In this document: positions 53,001 through 63,602 of the stretch, one piece after another | How the letters are laid out: every line of letters begins with the position of its first letter | Numbering within the stretch: position 1 is the stretch's first letter | Assembly: GCF_035084215.1 (NCBI RefSeq) | Contig: NC_090338.1 | Location: 15,872,001-15,936,000, forward strand | Direction: 5' to 3' | Source of the DNA: Heptranchias perlo | Lineage: Eukaryota | DNA length: 64,000 bases | Position numbers and translations under genes: made by a program | The notes under the pieces: model-generated | Told to the model about the DNA's origin: nothing | The model's database searches: none | Seen by the model: only the letters and a program-made list of their open reading frames with translations

Positions 53001-56000
53001 ATATATGCAGATGTTAGCATCCTTTTCTTCATAGCAGGACTCCTAAGATCATCATCTATCCACTTTGGAGCCAAGGACTGACTTTCCTTAGCCTCCACTC
53101 AGGAACATCAGGTTTTACGATGTGCTCTTGTCGCAGTGATTTTATGATATGTATTAATCTAGCCACATAGCTGGCACAGCTCCTACCTTTGCTGTTGTTG
53201 TCAGACTATTGAATGAAAGAAAAACTTGCATTTATGTAGCGCCTTTCATGACCTCAGGACATCCCAAAGCACTTACAATCAATGAAATATTTTTGAAGTG
53301 TCGTCACTGTTGTAATGTAGGAAATGCATCAGCCAATTTGGGCACAGCAAGATCCCACAGATAGCAAAATGATAATGACCAGATAATCTTTTATTAGTGA
53401 AGTTGATTGAGGGATAAATATTGGCCAGGACACCAGAGCGAACTTCCCTGTTCTTGCAACAATGGGGCAGAAATTACTCCTGAAATAACAGAGGAGCTCA
53501 ACAGCACTCTCCATTTTTTACGGCAAAATGAAGGAGCAAGTTTCCGCGTTTGCATGTGTGCACTAATCGTGAACTTGATCCTATTGGTTCGCCGGTGATT
53601 TGACAGCTTCAACTTAAAGGGCCATCGCATTCTGCAATCATTGAAATCACTGAAATATCACAAACTTGCTCATCTGCCCAGCTGGAAAGTAACGAATTAC
53701 ACCACCAAACAGGTCCACTTAAAAATAACAGGTCTGAACTAAGTTTCAAAAGCGCGATAACGCTTTATGTCAGCCAAACAACTAAAAATTAAATTTTTTA
53801 AAATGTGGAGTCTCATACTACTCTTATTTTAATAGTTTTTGGTCATTAAAAAAAATTAAAAATTAAAAAGTAAAATCTTTTCTTTTACTTTTCCCTTCAG
53901 GCTCTAATTTAATTCAATTATTTCTTTGGCTTTTTATTAAAAAAATAACATTTTTGTTTACAATGACTTCCAGAATATTAATTTTAAATGAATGAAGTCT
54001 GCTTGCCTGCTTGTGGGCGTGACTTCTCTTCCTGACAGGTTTTGTGGGCGTGTCTTCTATTCTTACAGACTGTTCCATGCGCATCGATTTACGCTGCTCA
54101 GAGGCTGAGTAGACTGCGTGCAATTTTTCAAAACTTCAAAATCAAGCAAGTCGACGCCACTGAAGCTGCAGTAAATACATTTGTTAATTTAATTCACAGG
54201 AGCTGCAGCGATCGCTGTCACGCCGCTCGGCACAGATTCTGGCCATTGTCTTGCAACATTGTAACAGTGTCCTGAAGTAAGAGATCTTCCACTTGCTGCC
54301 AGTCCCACTATCTTCCACATAGCTCTTGCTACACAGTTTGCAGGCTTTTTGCCTCTAACTCTCTCTGATATTGGGGGCCATGTTTGGGGCAGATGGACTG
54401 TGAACCACAACCAGGCCTTTAAACAATGGGCAGACTGGGCTGGCAGCCAGTGTATCCCCAGCCGATTTTCCTGTCCCAATGCTGCAATCCCAGCTGACTT
54501 ATGCCAGGAAGACTCTGTTTGGCCCTGTGGAAATTCAAAAACATCTGTATCTCAGTAGTTAAAATCTAACAACTTGTTTCCTGTCTCTCTATTGCAGATT
54601 TAAATAATAAGAGTTACACACTTTATCGTTCAGGCACAGATCACAGTGAACTCTACCTGATTTGTGAAGCTCAATCTGAGTACATTAAAACTAAATGGAC
54701 CTGGAGGTCACATCATTTTCAGAATCAAGAGGAAGAAATAGCTTCTACTTTCAGATCTAAGCCTATCAGACTAAACAGGACCTACTTTGGGACTCGATTG
54801 GTTCCCACAATGGCAAATTTTAATCGCAAGAACTTCATTGTGAGGATTGTCCCTGTACTGTTCGAAGATGCCGGAGTTTACACATGTTCTCTGGGGCCAT
54901 ATCCATATGTGACCATTAAACTAATCACAGTTAAAGGTAGGAGACAGAATGTTGCCGCTGTTTTTAATAATATAGTCATTGTTTAAAATCTAAATGATTT
55001 CCTTGTTTACACAGTCAGAGCTGAACCATCTGATGCAGTGACTGAGGGAGACACCGTTACCCTGACCTGCTCTGTCTCGGATGTCACTGAATCAATGAGA
55101 CTTGTTTGGATCAATAGTGATGGCAAAACTGTTGAAGAGAAAACTTTTAAGGAACAGAAGCAGGAACAGAAATTTTTACGTCTGATTATTCAGAAAGCTG
55201 ATAGAGACAGAAGCAACTGGACATGTGTTTTGTTTCATCAAAACTCGCCCAAGGTTTTAATTCCATATTATCCAAAGGTTAACAGTAAGTGTCTCAGATT
55301 TTGCTCTTTGTAACCTCCATAGAAAGTTCTTCTCATTTATTGCTTTTTTATTATGATAACCTCTTACTTTTCATATCATGTTGCACTCAATATTATATTA
55401 ATAGTTCACAGTCATAGGTGTTCACATATAACAGTTTAACATCAAAAGTCAAACTGTAATGGAGAGAAGCTGAAGAGGAGTAAATTTTTAAACAATATTT
55501 GCGGTCCATTACACTCCTGTAAGGAGCATTTTAAATGTTAAATCCCCTCCTGCCCATTGTAATCAGACGAGATGTGAGAAAATGTGACACATGATGTCAC
55601 TCTGTCCCTGCAACTCATTTGAATATGACCCACACTTGACCAGTGTCACTTCTGACAGGAAATCCAGGAAGTGGCGCCGATTGGCCAGAGAATGATTGGC
55701 CGGGGAATGATTGGCCGGAGAATGATTGGTTAGGAATTATAGAATGACTGCCTGGCCGACTGACTGTCCCAGGTCCATGTGAAATGGGATTGGGAAGGGA
55801 GCAGAAATAACTTGCTTGCCATTTACTCTTGGAAATTTAACTTTATAGCTCTGGAAACTAGAGCTCCAGGTTTCTTGTTTCGGAGTAAATTTGCCTCTGA
55901 ATTACACCCATCAATAGAATAGGGAATCTGAGGGTACAGGTCACCGACACCCAGTTGCATGCAATTTATATTGTTCAACTAACTTCAGGGCCAACCACCT

Positions 56001-59000
56001 GAAAAACCAAACAGAAAATTCAGATGCAGTGCTATTCAGATGCAAAACAGGAGCACAGGATTTTCCTGTGCACAGTGCCCATTTTTCAGGTGTGATTTTG
56101 GGGCTAAGACCAGGTAAATCACCCCTTAAATGTTTAGGACAGAGTCTATGATAAGGAAAATTGTTCATGCTGTCTGGTCGAAGTGAGCTTAATGAGTTAA
56201 ATGGCCTTCTTTTGTATCACATGTTCTGCTATTATGCTGGTTAAAAAGTCTTCTGCAATTTCTTTACGTTCTTGTCGTGCGATCAAAGTCAGGAATAAAA
56301 ATTGCCAAATTTTGTAGTTAGTTGCAAAATCAGTTTTCAAAACATTCATCATATGGGCACAGTTACTTGGAATGAGTAATCTCGAATGAAATCATTTTTT
56401 TAGTCTGTATTTCCAACACCACAATCTATCACTATTTCTTTTGGTTTCATGTCTTTTGCACCATTTCCTACCTGAGTAGACAGGTGGCCTATTTCCAGGT
56501 CTCTACCAAAGTTACCCTCCAACCTGCCACAGGGAGGTGCATGAGAAAAGTATGAGGTGAGTTGTTGTCACTGTATTTTTTTCTCCCTCCCAGGGGAACG
56601 CTCATCCACACTTTTCCGACCTCCTTCTGAAACCTTGACTGAATCAGAGAATCTGGGGGCTAGAAATTTGGCCATGTAGCGCCCGTTGTTTTGGCGCGAC
56701 GCGGCCTCCCGAAGTTCCAAAATGACGTCCAGGATGCACGCGCACGCTTCTAGCATTACGTGCGCCGGACACCATCTTGGTTACGGATTTCGGGCACACG
56801 TAGATAACGAACGCCGGCAGCATGTAAAGTAGGGAGAATATGTGTTCGGTCATTGTGCAACGCTGATTTAAAGTGATAGTCATCTTTTTGGGACTTAACA
56901 CTCCACTCAACACATTGTCTTAAAAACAAAGACCTGAACATGTCTTAGACGGCCTGGAGGACCCCCCACCAGAGCTATTTAAAGGAACCATATAGGATTT
57001 ACACGTTAGTTGATGGATTATTGCTTTTGGCTGCTGATGCATTTGTACCTGTTTTTGGATGTCTCCTATACTTGAATACTAGGACGAGGGGGCATAGCCT
57101 AACATTTAGAGCCAGGACTTGCAGGAGTGAAGTTTGGAAATATTTCTACATGCAAAGGGTGGCAGAAGTTTGGAACACTCTTCTGCAAACAGCAGTTAAT
57201 GCTAGCTCAATTGTGAATTTCAAATCTGAGATTGATAGATTTCTGTGAACCAAGGGTATTATGGGATATGGGGCTAAGGCGGGTATAAGGAGTTAGATCA
57301 CAGATCAACCATGATCTTATTGAATAGCAGAACAGGCTCGAAGGGCTAAATGCCACAGCCACTTGCTGCCTCCTGTTATGCGCCATGTTCTCCTGCAAGA
57401 AAGCGAGAGGTGTGTCGATGAGTGTCCTGCAGGATGTCTGGGTGATGTGCCTGTCATGTTGAATTGCTGCTCGTGTGTGTGACCTGTGTGTTGCGGGTGT
57501 GCAGTTTGCCACAGTGGTAATGTGTGAGGGTAAAAGTAAGCTTCTGAATGGAAGAATTGAGTACTAATGGAAAGAGTTTGTTCATAGGTGGGTGATGGGG
57601 GGTGTAGAGCATTAAGCAGTGGATGCGGCTAGTGGTGCAGATGGTAGGAGACGCCACTTGACAGTTGGCCTCACTCACCTTGACCACTCGTGTCAAAGCA
57701 TTGAACTTCTTCCTGCACTGCCTCCAAGATCGTGGTGCTGTGCGCCTGGAATTGATTTAATCTCCCACTGTCTCTTGAGCACATGTCTGGAGGGTCTCTT
57801 GCCGCTCTCCCCCCCCCCCCACCTCCCGTGGATATAGGATGCCCCTCCTTTTGTCCACCTCATGCAGCAAGGCCTCGAGTGCATCAGCAGAGAACCTTGG
57901 TGCACGCACTATCGCAGGCCTGGTACAAACTCAGAGCGGCAGATTGGTGAGGTCTGCCATGCAGATTGGAGAATGTGGGATTTAGTAGTGCGCAACCTTT
58001 ATTCAATGTTTTAACATAACTCATCAGTTTGTAAATAGGGATGGGACCCAAATCCGTGTTTTGCCTGTGCGATGTCTGATCTCCGTTCAGACTCCGTGCG
58101 GACCCATATCTTTACTTTTGCAAATAAGAGGTGCAAGCTGCCTTTAAGAGGTGCAGATTACCTATAAGAGGTGCGAGCAAATCATGTGATATTTGGGCCC
58201 CCTCTGCTTGTGAGAAGTGCGAACCTGGTGCAAGGCCAGATTGCTGCTCTTCGAAGAGGGAAGTGAATGTCTCATGCTGCCTGCGTCGGAACCAACGGGT
58301 GTGGGTTCATCACAGACCCCAGTGCCCGCTCCCGGATTCGGGCCTTATTCAATTTAACCCCCATAGAATCATAGAATGGTTACAGCACAGAAGGAGGCCA
58401 TTCGACCCATCGAGCCCGTGCCAGCTCTTTGTAAGAGAAATCCAGTTAGTCCCATTCCCCCGCTCTTTCCCTGCAAATTTTTTCAATTCAAGTATTTGTC
58501 CAATTCCTTTTTGAAAACCACGATTGAATCTGTTTCCACCAGCCTTTCAGGCAGTGCATTCCAGACCATAACTACTCGCTGCATAAAAACATTTTTCCTC
58601 AGATCGCCATTCGTGCTGTTGCCAATCAGCTTAAATCTGTGTCCTTTGGTTCTCGACCCTTCTGCCAATGGGAACAGTTTCTCTGTATTTACTTTATCTA
58701 AACCCTTTGTGATTTTGAACACTTCTATCAAATCTCCTCTCTACCCTCTCTTTTCTAAGGAGAACAATCCCAACTTCTCCAGTCTATCCACATAACTGAA
58801 GTCCCTCATCCCTGAAACCATTCCAGTAAATCTTTTCTGCACCCTCACTAGGACCTTCACATCTTTCCTAAAGTGCAGTGCCCAGAATTGGACATAATTC
58901 TCCAGTTGTGGCCGAACTAATGTTGTATAAAGGTTCAAAATAACATCCTTACTTTTGTACTCTATGCCTCTATTTATAAAGCCCAGGATCCCAAATGCTT

Positions 59001-61058
59001 TTTTAACTGCTTTTTCAACCTGTCCTGTCACCTTCAAAGATTTGTGCACATATACCTCCAGGTCTCTCTGTTCCTGCACCCCCTTTAGAATTGTATCATT
59101 TAGTTTATATTGCCCCACCTCGTTCTTCCTGCCAAAATGTATCACTTCACACTTCTCTGCATTAAATTTCATTCATGTGTCCCCCCATTCCACCAGCCAG
59201 TCTGTGTCCTCTTGAAGTCTATTACTATCGTCTTCACTGTTCACTACACTTCCAAGTTTTGTATCATCTGCAAATTTTGAAATTGTGCCCTGTACAATCA
59301 AGTCCAAGATATTAATATATATCAAAAAAAGCAGTGGTTCTAGTACCGACCCCTGGGGAACACTACTGAATACCTTCCTCCAGTCCGAAAAACAACCGTT
59401 CACCACTACTCTCTGTTTACTGTCACTTAGCCAATTTCGTATCCATGCTGCCAATGCCCCTTTTATTCCATGGGCTTCAATTTTACTGACAAGCCTAGTG
59501 TGTGGCACTTTATCAGATGCCTTTTGAAAGTCCATACGTTCTACATGAATTGCATTGCCCTCATCAACCCACCCTGTTACCTCATCAAAAAACTGAATCA
59601 AGTTAGTTAAACACAATTTGCCTTTAACAAATCCATGCTGGCTTTCCTTTATTGATTCATACTTGTCCAAGTGACTATTAATTTTGACCCGGTTTATCGT
59701 TTCTAAAACCTTCCCCACCACCGAGGTTAAACTGACTGACCTGTAGTTGCCGGGTTTATCCTTAAACCCTTTTTTGAACAAGGGTGTAATATTTGAAATT
59801 CTCCAGTCCTCTGACACCACGCCCGTATCTTTGGATATTTGGAAGATTATGGCCAGCACCTCCACAATTTCTACCCTTACTTCCCTCGCATTGCATCCGA
59901 ACCGGGTGACTTATCTACTTTAAGCTCAGCCAGCCTTTCTAGTACATCCTCTTTATTAATTTTTACCCCATCCAGTATCTCAACTATCTCCCTTTTTACT
60001 GTGACTTTAGCAGCATCTTCTTCCTTGGTAAAGACAGATGCAAAGTACTCATTTAGTACCTCAGCCATGCCCTCTGTCTCCATGCGTAGACTAAGATTGG
60101 ATATTTGGTTTGTGGCACATCATGGTCACAAACTCATTCCATGATGGTGTCTTGCTGCTCTAATATGCATTGTGGTGCCATTACTTATGTTTCATTATTA
60201 AGGATTCATTCTTGCTAAATATTATGGCCATGAAGATACTGTATGAATTTTCTTTCCTAATTCTCTGCCAGTTTTCTCCTCTTTCCTCTTCTCCTCTCGT
60301 GTTCGGGTAGATCTTGACTTTGTGTAATTGTGTAAAATGGGCGATAGTCGGCAGCCCATTTTACATCTCTCCCCATTTTTATTTCCATCCATTTTACACT
60401 CGCACAAAGACAAGATCCACCCCATTGAATGCAGTTCTCATTCAAATAGACATTATTCAAGTATTAACCTAGACAATGAGTATCGTTGACCTATTGTACA
60501 TTTTCCACACTATTCACCTGAGGAAGGAGGAAGCCTCCGAAAGCTTGTGGAATTTAAAATAAATTTGTTGGACTATAACTTGGTGTTGTAAAATTGTTTA
60601 CTATTGTACATTGGAAGCATCACAGCTAAATCGCATCCTTTTCTTAACAGTCATTTGCACACATCTCCTTTACAGAAGGAATCCCTGGATTGTAACCAGG
60701 AATTAGAACCCTGTGTGATTTTTTTTCCCTGTCCCTAACTGAAGGGTCCTGAGGATAATTGTAGCACTCCTACATTCCTGAGTGAGGTCAGTTAACTTGG
60801 ATCATGAATTAAACCTAAGACCCTCTGGTCTGTACGCCTTAGTGGTAAATCAGGCAGTAGTTTTTTTTAATGGGTCATTAGGGGAGTTTTAAAAAAATGT
60901 TACATTAATCTATAAACTAAATGTGAAATCTATGCTTCTTCTTCTGACAGATGATTACACTTTTAAACATACCAATGTTGTTATTTTTGGGAGTCTGGCT
61001 CTTCTCCTCATCATTATCCTGGCAGTGGTGCTGTGTTTAAGAAAGTTCAAGGCAGCAG
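10993..61058 (+). CDS. Multi-exon type I membrane Ig-superfamily receptor, leader + 3x(V-C2-V-C2) + TM; CD4/LAG-3/G6F-like architecture; 3' end incomplete
   Basis: Exons 10993-11080, 14307-14648, 16214-16483, 17484-17837, 17916-18185, 37956-38300, 38707-38979, 42244-42582, 42661-42930, 44968-45312, 46016-46279, 54598-54936, 55015-55284, 60951-61058. All have AG/GT boundaries, all introns are phase 1, all internal exon lengths are multiples of 3, and there are no in-frame stops. Confidence 0.88.
12255..12625 (-). mobile_element. CR1 3' fragment
   Basis: [27 protein letters not shown]; tagaaaca tail. Confidence 0.85.
13548..13867 (+). mobile_element. CR1 3' fragment
   Basis: [16 protein letters not shown]-coding DNA; ttcttatg tail. 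Confidence 0.8.
14307..14648 (+). CDS. Ig exon A1, cysteine-less V-like domain
   Basis: tcgcag| ... |gtgagt; WEW C-strand, [19 protein letters not shown] strands. Confidence 0.85.
16214..16483 (+). CDS. Ig exon B1, C2-like domain
   Basis: cacag| ... |gtaggt; [19 protein letters not shown]. Confidence 0.9.
17484..17837 (+). CDS. Ig exon C1, V-set domain (absent from ORF track)
   Basis: ttgcag| ... |gtagga; [21 protein letters not shown]. Confidence 0.9.
17916..18185 (+). CDS. Ig exon D1, C2 domain with WxC motif
   Basis: 78-bp upstream intron; [16 protein letters not shown]; donor gtgagt. Confidence 0.9.
19712..24080 (+). mobile_element. CR1 LINE, 5'-truncated ORF2 with (ttcttatg)n tail
   Basis: ORFs 19802-20477 and 22276-23983 ([26 protein letters not shown]). 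Confidence 0.9.
20355..22356 (+). mobile_element. Non-autonomous Harbinger (internally deleted), copy 1
   Basis: TIR gggctcgatttt / aatatcgggccc, TSD ttt, interrupts a CR1 ORF2; keeps transposase and Myb 5' ends. Confidence 0.88.
25332..26880. mobile_element. Second non-autonomous Harbinger family with Myb remnant and internal CR1 3' fragment
   Basis: Starts gggcgctaaattgg, TSD aat/aat, minus-strand [23 protein letters not shown]. Confidence 0.75.
28223..31921 (-). mobile_element. CR1 LINE, near full-length: ORF1 SGNH esterase + ORF2 APE endonuclease/RT
   Basis: [19 protein letters not shown] (31190-31888); ITETWL (30699-31154); RT (28310-30644); (atagaatc)n tail. Confidence 0.92.
34295..36350 (-). 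mobile_element. Non-autonomous Harbinger, copy 2 (inverted)
   Basis: Perfect 11-bp TIR gggctcgatat, TSD atg, interrupts a CR1 endonuclease. Confidence 0.9.
37956..38300 (+). CDS. Ig exon A2
   Basis: Paralogue of A1 and A3; ttgcag| ... |gtaagt. Confidence 0.88.
38707..38979 (+). CDS. Ig exon B2 (F-strand Cys replaced by Trp)
   Basis: ttacag| ... |gtaagt; ITLSC ... LYTWEV. Confidence 0.87.
39416..40161 (-). mobile_element. Non-LTR retrotransposon 3' fragment, same family
   Basis: [24 protein letters not shown]; absent from the paralogous site at about 46715. Confidence 0.8.
41587..41830 (-). mobile_element. SINE 3' half (paralogous copy at about 53215-53455)
   Basis: Same core and tail as 8600-9048; shared by units 2 and 3. 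Confidence 0.7.
42244..42582 (+). CDS. Ig exon C2, V-set
   Basis: ttgcag| ... |gtatga; [17 protein letters not shown]. Confidence 0.9.
42661..42930 (+). CDS. Ig exon D2, C2 with WxC
   Basis: 78-bp intron; NWIC; donor gtaagt. Confidence 0.9.
44968..45312 (+). CDS. Ig exon A3
   Basis: Near-identical to A2; canonical splice sites. Confidence 0.88.
46016..46279 (+). CDS. Ig exon B3 (Cys to Trp, 9 bp shorter than B2, in frame)
   Basis: cacag| ... |gtaagt; LYMWEV. Confidence 0.85.
47227..49059 (+). pseudogene. Myb/SANT-like DNA-binding protein of the Harbinger element (spliced, disrupted)
   Basis: [33 protein letters not shown]; donor after VVK; second exon has a stop. Confidence 0.8.
49293..50500 (-). 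pseudogene. HARBI1-like DDE transposase of the Harbinger element
   Basis: AIDC..., [43 protein letters not shown]; frameshifted; 5' end approximate. Confidence 0.88.
51383..52438 (-). mobile_element. Solo LTR of the same retroviral family
   Basis: Colinear with 6638-7673; 4-bp TSD ATCA; empty site in the paralogous intron at about 40781-40800. Confidence 0.92.
53465..54244. mobile_element. MITE-like insertion
   Basis: Imperfect TIR gggcagaaatt / agattctggcc; absent from the paralogous site at about 41821-41850. Confidence 0.6.
54598..54936 (+). CDS. Ig exon C3, V-set
   Basis: ttgcag| ... |gtagga; [17 protein letters not shown]. Confidence 0.9.
55015..55284 (+). CDS. Ig exon D3, membrane-proximal C2 with WxC
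   Basis: 78-bp intron; NWTC; donor gtaagt. Confidence 0.9.
55678..55737. repeat. 15-bp minisatellite (GAATGATTGGCCRGR), about 4 copies
   Basis: gattggccagagaat gattggccggggaat gattggccggagaat gattggttaggaat. Confidence 0.8.
56655..58362. mobile_element. Related copy of the second non-autonomous Harbinger family
   Basis: Colinear with 25332-26700 including the CR1 fragment; ends approximate. Confidence 0.7.
58363..60090 (-). mobile_element. CR1 LINE 3' part
   Basis: RT ORFs 58483-59865; atagaatc tail. Confidence 0.88.
60503..60600 (+). mobile_element. Penelope-like retroelement 3' fragment
   Basis: Flanked by 12-bp direct repeat CTATTGTACATT (60491-60502, 60601-60612); contains a hammerhead and AATAAA. 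Confidence 0.7.
60512..60553 (+). ncRNA. Minimal type I hammerhead ribozyme
   Basis: Stem I AUUCAC / GUG(G)AAU, CUGAGGA core, stem II GGAGG-aag-CCUCC, GAAA, palindromic AAGCUU helix III. Confidence 0.7.
60951..61058 (+). CDS. Transmembrane exon ([27 protein letters not shown])
   Basis: ctgacag| ... |gtaaga; about 21 uncharged hydrophobic residues followed by a basic stop-transfer; phase 1-1. Confidence 0.85.
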
Positions 61059-61312
61059 GTAAGATTTGTAAATTGCTGCAACTAATTTCAGGTTTCATCC
61101 ATGTAAGAAAATGTGAATGTGGCTCATAATTCCAAAAATTAGGAATGACAATTATATCTTTGTTTGAAATTAAATGATATAATCCACTAGGATTAGAGAA
61201 ATAGATGTGTTTGTGTTTCGATGTGTCAAACAGTCTAGGACGGCAATGGTTCCTGAATTGCTGGAATGATGGAAGTTCTGCACTAGGCTATGCAATTGGT
61301 CAAAAATGAATA

Positions 61313-61722
61313 ACAACAACTTGCATTTATATAGCGCCTTTAACACAGTAAAACGCCCCAAGGCTATTCACAGGAGCGTTATCAAACTAAATTTGACATC
61401 AAGCCACGTGAGGAGATATTAGGACAGGTGACCAAAAACTTTGTCAAAGAGTTAGGTTTTAAGGAGCGTCTTATAGGAGGAGAGAGAGGTAGAGAGGCAG
61501 AGAGGTTTGAGGAGGGAATTCCTGAGCTTAGGGTCTAAGCAGCTGAAGGCACAGTGGAGCGATGAAAATCAGGGATGCGTAAGAGGCCAGAATCAGAGGA
61601 GCACAGAGAACCTCGGTGGGTTGTAGGGCTGGAGGAGGTTACAGAGATAGGGAGCGGTGAGGCCATGGAGGGATTTCAAAACAAGGATGAGAATTTTAAA
61701 ATCGAGGCATTGCCGGACCGGG
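61313..61722 (-). mobile_element. L2-like LINE 3' end
   Basis: aacaacaacttgcatttatatagcgccttt tail shared with the SINEs. Confidence 0.65.
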
Positions 61723-62325
61723 CATAGTTTAGGTTACAAGGTTAGATGGGTGTTGTGGATATTTCTCAGTTATCTTTGAAACCAGGGAAACATAATTTGG
61801 GACATTTAGTAAGTCGAGTGAATTTCACAATAGAACCATCAATACATGGTCTACAGGAGGAATGGGTTTAATGGGCTGAATGATCTTCATATTCCATACA
61901 TTTTTTACTTATGTTGGTTATATCTGGTCATGAAAAGCTTTGAAGGGCACGGGGATAAGCCAATATATTATAATATATAGAGCTCCATTCATTTTCTGAC
62001 TGCAGGAATTTGACCCGTGAAATGTAACATGTTGACTTGAATAATAATGATTAAGTCCTAGAGTTTTTTAGAGCAGATTGCCTCGAAGGAAGTTCAGTTT
62101 TCTTTTCTCGAAATATTACCTATTCATCTCAAGATAGAGAGAGGTGGACAAAATAAATTATAGATAGTTTACGGGAGTTATAAACTGTGCCTAATGCATT
62201 GGATGGAGGAAACTTGATTCTCTGAATGACCTCTTCTGTACTTTTTAAAAGCTTTATGCTTAAAAGCTAATATTGTATCTCTCCAATGACTCAGTGTTTC
62301 AGAGTGTAGTAAATGAGCTGTACTG

Positions 62326-62748
62326 AAAGAAAGACTTGCATTTATATAGCACCTTTCACGACCTCAGGAGGTCCAAAAGCCAATGAAGTACTTCTGGAGC
62401 ATTGTTGCAGCAACCAATTTGCGCACTGCAAGTCCCCACAAACAGCAATGAAATAAATGACCAGATCATCCGTTTTTTAGATATTAGTTGAGGTAGAAGT
62501 GTTGGCCAGGATACCAAGAGCACTCCCCTACTCTTCTTCGAATAGTGCCATGGGATCTTTTACATCTATCTGAGAGGCCAGACGGGGCCTTGGTTTAACG
62601 TCTCATCTGAAAGATGTCACCTCCAACAGTGCAGCACTTCCTCAACACTGCAGCGTCAGTCTAGATTTTGTGCTAAAGTCCTTGGAGTGGGACTTCAACT
62701 CACAACCTCCTGATTCAGAAGTGAGTGTGCTACCACTGAGCCATGGCT
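62326..62748 (-). mobile_element. tRNA-headed SINE
   Basis: Full-length reverse copy. Confidence 0.75.
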
Positions 62749-63602
62749 GACATTTACAGGTACAGACCAGGAAGGCCTTTAGATTGTCTTGTCCTACCCC
62801 TGAGGTAGTGACGGAAACACGTTTCCCATACTTGCTCATTATCTTATAACCCCTGCTGGAAAATAAGTATATGTGCATATTTGTTCAGAAGAGGATTGGG
62901 CTCAATTGTGATGCCAACTTTTTCTCTCTGGGTTCACACAAAGGCTGGTTGCTTAGGTGAACAGGCTTCCCAGGGAGACAGTGGAAGCACATAGTGTTGA
63001 TTCATTTAAATGCAAATGAGCAAGATTTCTTTCAGAAACTAATATTTTGGAATGCAGTATGTGTGTAATTTGAGACATATCATATGGTAAGTGTAGCACG
63101 CTTGGGAGGAAAAGGTAACTTTGGACCTATGGTTCCCAAAGCTCTCCACCACTGGGGTTTTTCTCATATCATGTCTAGGTCTGTTGTAGACTTATTGATA
63201 GAGATTGATTGTTATGATTAGTCAACAAATCTATAATTGTATCATGCAACTACCAGAATAGTAGAAAGTGAACAATATTTTTTTTAACTGAATACAAATT
63301 CTCAAACTGCCATGGGTGGGATTTGAACATACATTCTCCGGAGTTTTAGTCCAAGCCTCTGGATCACTAGTCCAGCAAGACACTATCATGTCCTCCAGAT
63401 GCCCTATAGCATTTCACAGCCAATAAATTACTTTTGAAGTGCAGTTACTGTTGTTAACCAGGCAAATATAGCAATCAAATTTAACAAATGAAGATCCTAC
63501 AACAGCAAATGAGATCACTTGGACTGTTTTTTTGTTGGTGTTGGCTGACAGAGAAATTTTGACCAGGACACTAGAAGAGCTCTGTTGATGTTTGAACTTT
63601 AA

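Noticed and set aside
14307-54936. Rearranging antigen-receptor V segments (IgNAR/TCR)
   Set aside because: V exons end in splice donors, and I saw no RSS heptamer/nonamer, J segments or C1 domains.
14307-55284. Three separate tandem 4-Ig genes
   Set aside because: Only one leader and one TM exon were found. The 2-kb D2-A3 intron shows neither, and D donors and A acceptors are phase-compatible.
55678-55737. CRISPR-like array
   Set aside because: Eukaryotic context and contiguous 15-bp units without spacers.
10993-61058. Naming the gene CD4 or LAG3
   Set aside because: No cytoplasmic motif or synteny is visible, and domain 1 is unsplit and cysteine-less. Resemblance is architectural only.
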